A stretch of DNA of 53,909 bases, counting the filler, from Catajapyx aquilonaris (lineage: Eukaryota), in assembly GCA_000934665.2 (NCBI GenBank). It is 2 parts of 2 records of this genome, joined end to end, with 100 filler letters (N's around TTAATTAATTAA, not from the genome) between each part and the next. Parts side by side here need not be neighbours in the genome. Positions count along the whole stretch, not along the records: positions 27,042 to 53,909 come from KZ539291.1; 1 more part is not named here. One strand, given 5' to 3'. The translations under genes and the position numbers were made by a program. Below, one piece after another: positions 49,701 to 53,909 of the stretch (position 1 is its first letter; each line of letters begins with the position of its first letter). The notes beneath the pieces are model-generated. The model made no database searches, was not told where the DNA came from, and saw only the letters and a program-made list of their open reading frames with translations.

Positions 49701-52343
49701 GCACCGTTGGGTGTATTTGCGAAGCATATTTTATGTCAATGGGAGGCATATTGGCAGATTGATTTTTTTTTTTAAAAAAAAGGAGGGGGATTAGGCAGAA
49801 GTTTAGTAGCAAGTTTTAGAAGGATTTGCGTCATGCTGTTCGATATTAGATTCAAGTTTTAGTGTTTAGCAATGGCTGAATCGTTTGTCATCGTATATTG
49901 CCCAACTTTTTTATTATTATCTTGACACAAAATTGAGAGACTCACTTTTGTTTCCGTGAGCTCCGTTACAACCAGTGCTTAATCATTCTAGCACGTCTCA
50001 TGGACAGTTTGTCAGACACATTATGGTGGGTGTCCAGTTAGCGAAAACAACAGCACAAAAGCACATTTGGAAAGACCTTGACCGCACTCAAACAGCCCAT
50101 ATGTGGATAATTCCCAGCGTGCAGGTAATCATCAGGCACCCCTTCCCACCTCCCTGTCCACACTGTGTATTTGTCGGGACAGGACACGAGTCCCCGCGGT
50201 TTGCGGATCCATTAGCCCCACTCTAAAGCAGAGCACACAGCAGCACCGGTGGTTCTAACCAACGTCCTCTTTGAATCCTCCCCACAGAGGCAGCTGATGG
50301 AACAGAAGCAGAGGCAGAAGAGGCAGCAGGGCATGGGCATGGTGCAGGCCTCGGACGCCAGGGTCTCCTCGGCCAAAGGACGCAGACCCCTCAGTGCACG
50401 GCCATTGTCATCAGGAGCCAAGAGGGAGCTCCATGGTGAGATATAAAAGGGTCATTTACACACCCCGACACTGTCCACTGTTTGGTTCGTAGGCAATAGC
50501 AACGACAAAAAAAAGGAGCATTATTCATTCATACTGAACATATCGAATAACAGCAAAGTCCAATCTGAAGGAGAAGCTTAAAAGCGAACTAATATAGAGC
50601 TGGAAACCACTTTAAAATATTTACGAGTGCATACAGGTCACTTTTAAGGCTCTGTTCCTAGCAACCAGGTCCAGTTTCAACATTGCTGTGTAAACACATT
50701 TTGGGACATTTTGCCAGCGCAACTTTTACCCTTTTCAAAAGAAAACGTGGGATGACACGCGACCCGACCTTCCAAGTCTTCTTACATGATCGATCGGTCG
50801 ATATGTGGCCCCTTGGCCCCCACCCATCGATTGGTGCTGGGGGGTCTTCGAATTCTCAAGCCGACAGCAGGAGATCTGGCTCTTATTGCGCCAAATAAGG
50901 AACCATACTCATTTTTTGGACCCCCCACCACCTGCACACAATTTGTGTTCTGCTCTTTTGTCTAATCAGATCCCTGGGGTCCGGGGGGGGGGGGGGGNGG
51001 GGGGGGGGGGGAGCTCTATCATTTATTAAACAGGGATTTCCCGGAGGATTGTACAGCTAAGCCGCAGGATTTGGCATGACAGTTGGAGGCATACACACCG
51101 GTCGAGCTGCTGCGGGATGCGTTTAATTTGCTCTCACAAAGTGCTGCACTCAGATGTGATTAATTCTGTATTCAGCCTGGCCTTGTGTCGCATTATAAAG
51201 GTGGACTAGGCGGAGATTCTGATTATCAGAGGCTCTGGAGCCTTTTGTTCTGTTGCATTGGGTTGGGATGACAACTTCTTGGTTTCTGATGTGAAGAAGC
51301 CTCTCTTTGGCTTCCTAAATGGCTTTTGAGCTGGTCTGTATGGGAGGAAGATTTGACACTGTAGAGTGCTATACGGTGAAGCTGTAGCGTGAGTGGAAGA
51401 GGCTTGCAGGAGTTGGGATGCAACAGGTACATAATGCTGGGAGGCAGCTTCCGGCTTAATATTACTGGCGTTTTGATGCGATTATCGCACGCAGCTCAAA
51501 TCGCCAGGATTCAACAGAGTTGACAACAATCAACTTTTTTATATAAAAAAAACCCTGAATAGTAGATGAACTCTGTGTGCGCCTTTCTGCTTATATCGCT
51601 GAATATGGCGCTTATTGATGCTTCATAACACACAATTACGGGGCAGTGCGGTCACATGCCCTCTCCAACTTTTCATTACGTCCGGATGAGCACTTGACAG
51701 CGTTCACTCTGCCTGTTTTCATTAACCGAATGTCAGGTCACCTGTGGGTTGGCCCGGAACGCTGCCGTCATATTGGAAATGCCATAAATTAAATTCGCCA
51801 GGCATCTTCCTATTAGGCGATGCGGAGGTCACATGATCGTCAAAAGGTCGGCCTATTATTCCCAATTCAGACGCATGAATATGAAATTGGGGAAGAATTG
51901 CTCGAGGAAATGCATTTGAAGCTCTTTATTAACTTCAGGGCAAATGTGTTGCAGTTACACACTATTGTTCAGTCGAACAGGTGCATAGGTTGAATCTTAT
52001 CGGAGAGGGCTTCTGTTTCGCTTGAAAATAGAGACCGGTTGAGACTATAAGAACCGTGTCGACTGAGCACTTGGCGCGTTAAATATCATTTACATGCGTA
52101 CTGAAAATGGTGCATATGCAGCATGTATACTGTACATATTGATTATAGTGTGTAAATAACAGCTCCATGTTTATTTTTCCCTATGCGCAGGTTACGACGG
52201 TCCTCTCCAGTACACAATGACCCCAGGGAATCCGGACTCGATGACCACCGTCCAAGTTCTACCGGTCATCGGCCACAGCACGGATTACGAGGACGACGGC
52301 CTGGAGATCCTGGAGATTTCAAACGACCTCGCCTCTCCAACAG
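43724..52343 (+). CDS. ktub: King tubby / Tubby-family protein, 5' coding exons (Tub domain lies beyond the window)
   Basis: Exons 43724-43752 (MEWSYNNSN, phase 2; tentative), 47672-47825, 50288-50435 and 52191-52343. They read LRQQKLEHQ|RQLMEQKQRQKRQ..GMVQASD..RELH|GYDGPLQY...NPD, matching the TUB/king-tubby N-terminal motifs. Confidence 0.9.
49089..49127 (+). CDS. Candidate alternative first coding exon of king tubby
   Basis: GCC-ATG..MTSLLHELKMDSQ|gtattg, phase 0 and compatible with exon 50288. Inr-like TCAGTT at 49039-49044. Confidence 0.45.
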
Positions 52344-53909
52344 GTAGGATGCTGCTATTATATACATATATCGAGCTGGCCGGTGACGTCTTCTTTGCAT
52401 TGGGCCCCGCGGAGGCTCTTTGTCCGGATTTGGACCGGATTAGAGGTCAGATATGAAAAATGTAAGGCTCGTTGGAGCCTACTCGCTGACGACAATTCAG
52501 AATGTAGCAAAAAATGTGCAGGAGAAAAGAAGACTGAAGTGTATGTATCCAACATGTGTTCGTGGTCTATTTGTCTCCAGCGTCCTAGGTGCTATCACTA
52601 AGTTGGCTCCTGCCTCACATCACCTCCGATGAACGTCTATGCGGTCCGACCTGGCGCTTTGAAAGCCGCTAAACACACGAAAGGCGTCTAGAAGTCTATA
52701 TAGAGAGGCGGCTTAAAACTTGCCTACACCACCCCCCGTAAAGTTGGGAGGGTTTGCTCGAGCCGAGTTTCCTAAGGCTATTGGAAGGCTATTGCGTTTT
52801 CCCCCTGGTTTGTATCAGCAGCACGCGAGATTCTCCTTGCCTTTCGTCGTGCCAATTTTCCTCCGCCCGGTTTTCCCATGCGCCTGCAGACACCATTAAA
52901 ACCACTTGATTCAAGCTCTCCTTTTTTTTTGTGTCCCCAGCAGAGCCGTATACACTTCATGGTAAAAGTCACGAGAAGGTTTTTGCTTCAAGAAGCAGGT
53001 CGGATTTAAAAATGTCGGTGGTGAACTGCTTAATTAAGTCCCGGCGACGTCTTCGGCGCCTGATTTAGCAGTAATGCGAGCCCCCCCGAGACTTTGGTCG
53101 ATAGACCTCGTTCTGGATGCATTTCGAAACGGAATTACACTTGATGTGTACGTCGCTCGTTGGAGGAAAAACCCTCAGGTTTTTATGCAAAGTGACTGAC
53201 ATCAAGTAAATTGCTAAACTTGAAGGGTTTCACTTCGGTTAGAAATCGATTATATAAGCTAAATTTGATGCCAGTTTAGTGTAATTTTTAATATTTTAAT
53301 TTTAAAGTGCATATGGATTCCAGGGCTTTTTTAAAAATAAATGAACGTGCAGGTTAAACCCCCAACGTCAGGCATTGTGTTAGGCTGTCAGCTACATGAC
53401 CCACATCTGGAAATCATTGGAGCTTGGCAAAACCGCTATCGGGGCGTGGAAAATGTAGCGCTCTGATATTAGGTGTTGGGCTTGGTAAAGCTTCCTGTGC
53501 TGCGGAGGCTAATTAGCAGGGTTTAGGACGTGGATTGGCAGACTCCCAACCAGCCAATCGACGCCGCTATTTTTTTTATTACAAACTTCAAGAGCGTGTA
53601 AGTAATCAGAAGAGGATAAACATGGGGGGGGGGGGGGNNNNNNNNNNNNNNNGGCGTAAAAGCGGTTATCTCTAGCTATAGATAGCATTAGTGGTTGGAC
53701 CAATAGCAGGATACAGGGTTAAGTGACATGTTGAGGTTCCTTTCATCGCGGATTTCCTGTTGTCATTTGCGACAAACGGGTGTACAGGGATACCCTTTTG
53801 TGGCTTGTTGTTGTGGCCCGGTCCCAGAAAGGACAAACAGATTTTATTCGGAGAGCCGCGTGACATTTATAGGATGAAGGGTCGTCCAACTTGTGTGTGC
53901 TGAGCTGAG

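Overview
Animal genomic DNA, probably arthropod (judged from the protein sequences and spliceosomal introns); it is not prokaryotic. An artificial spacer (N44-TTAATTAATTAA-N43, 26942-27040) splits the window into two parts that may not be contiguous. The left ~27 kb has no recognisable host exon. It is saturated with nested, mostly non-autonomous transposons (Sola-like, Tc1/mariner, hAT, Academ-like, piggyBac-like, Kolobok-like, Harbinger-like MITEs, Helentron-like elements and tRNA-SINEs) and holds a tRNA-Gln pseudogene. The right part contains four spliced genes: the first two coding exons of a PVR/VEGFR-like gene (-), a complete POMP gene (+), a compact 7-exon gene for a secreted 3-Ig-domain PVR/VEGFR-like protein with no transmembrane or kinase part (-), and the 5' exons of king tubby (+). 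The best novelty candidate is that stand-alone soluble PVR-like putative decoy receptor, which sits in tandem with a paralog and apparently overlaps POMP tail-to-tail. All exon models were read by eye from splice sites and phases. TE superfamily labels are inferred from terminal motifs and target-site duplications (TSDs), not from database searches.
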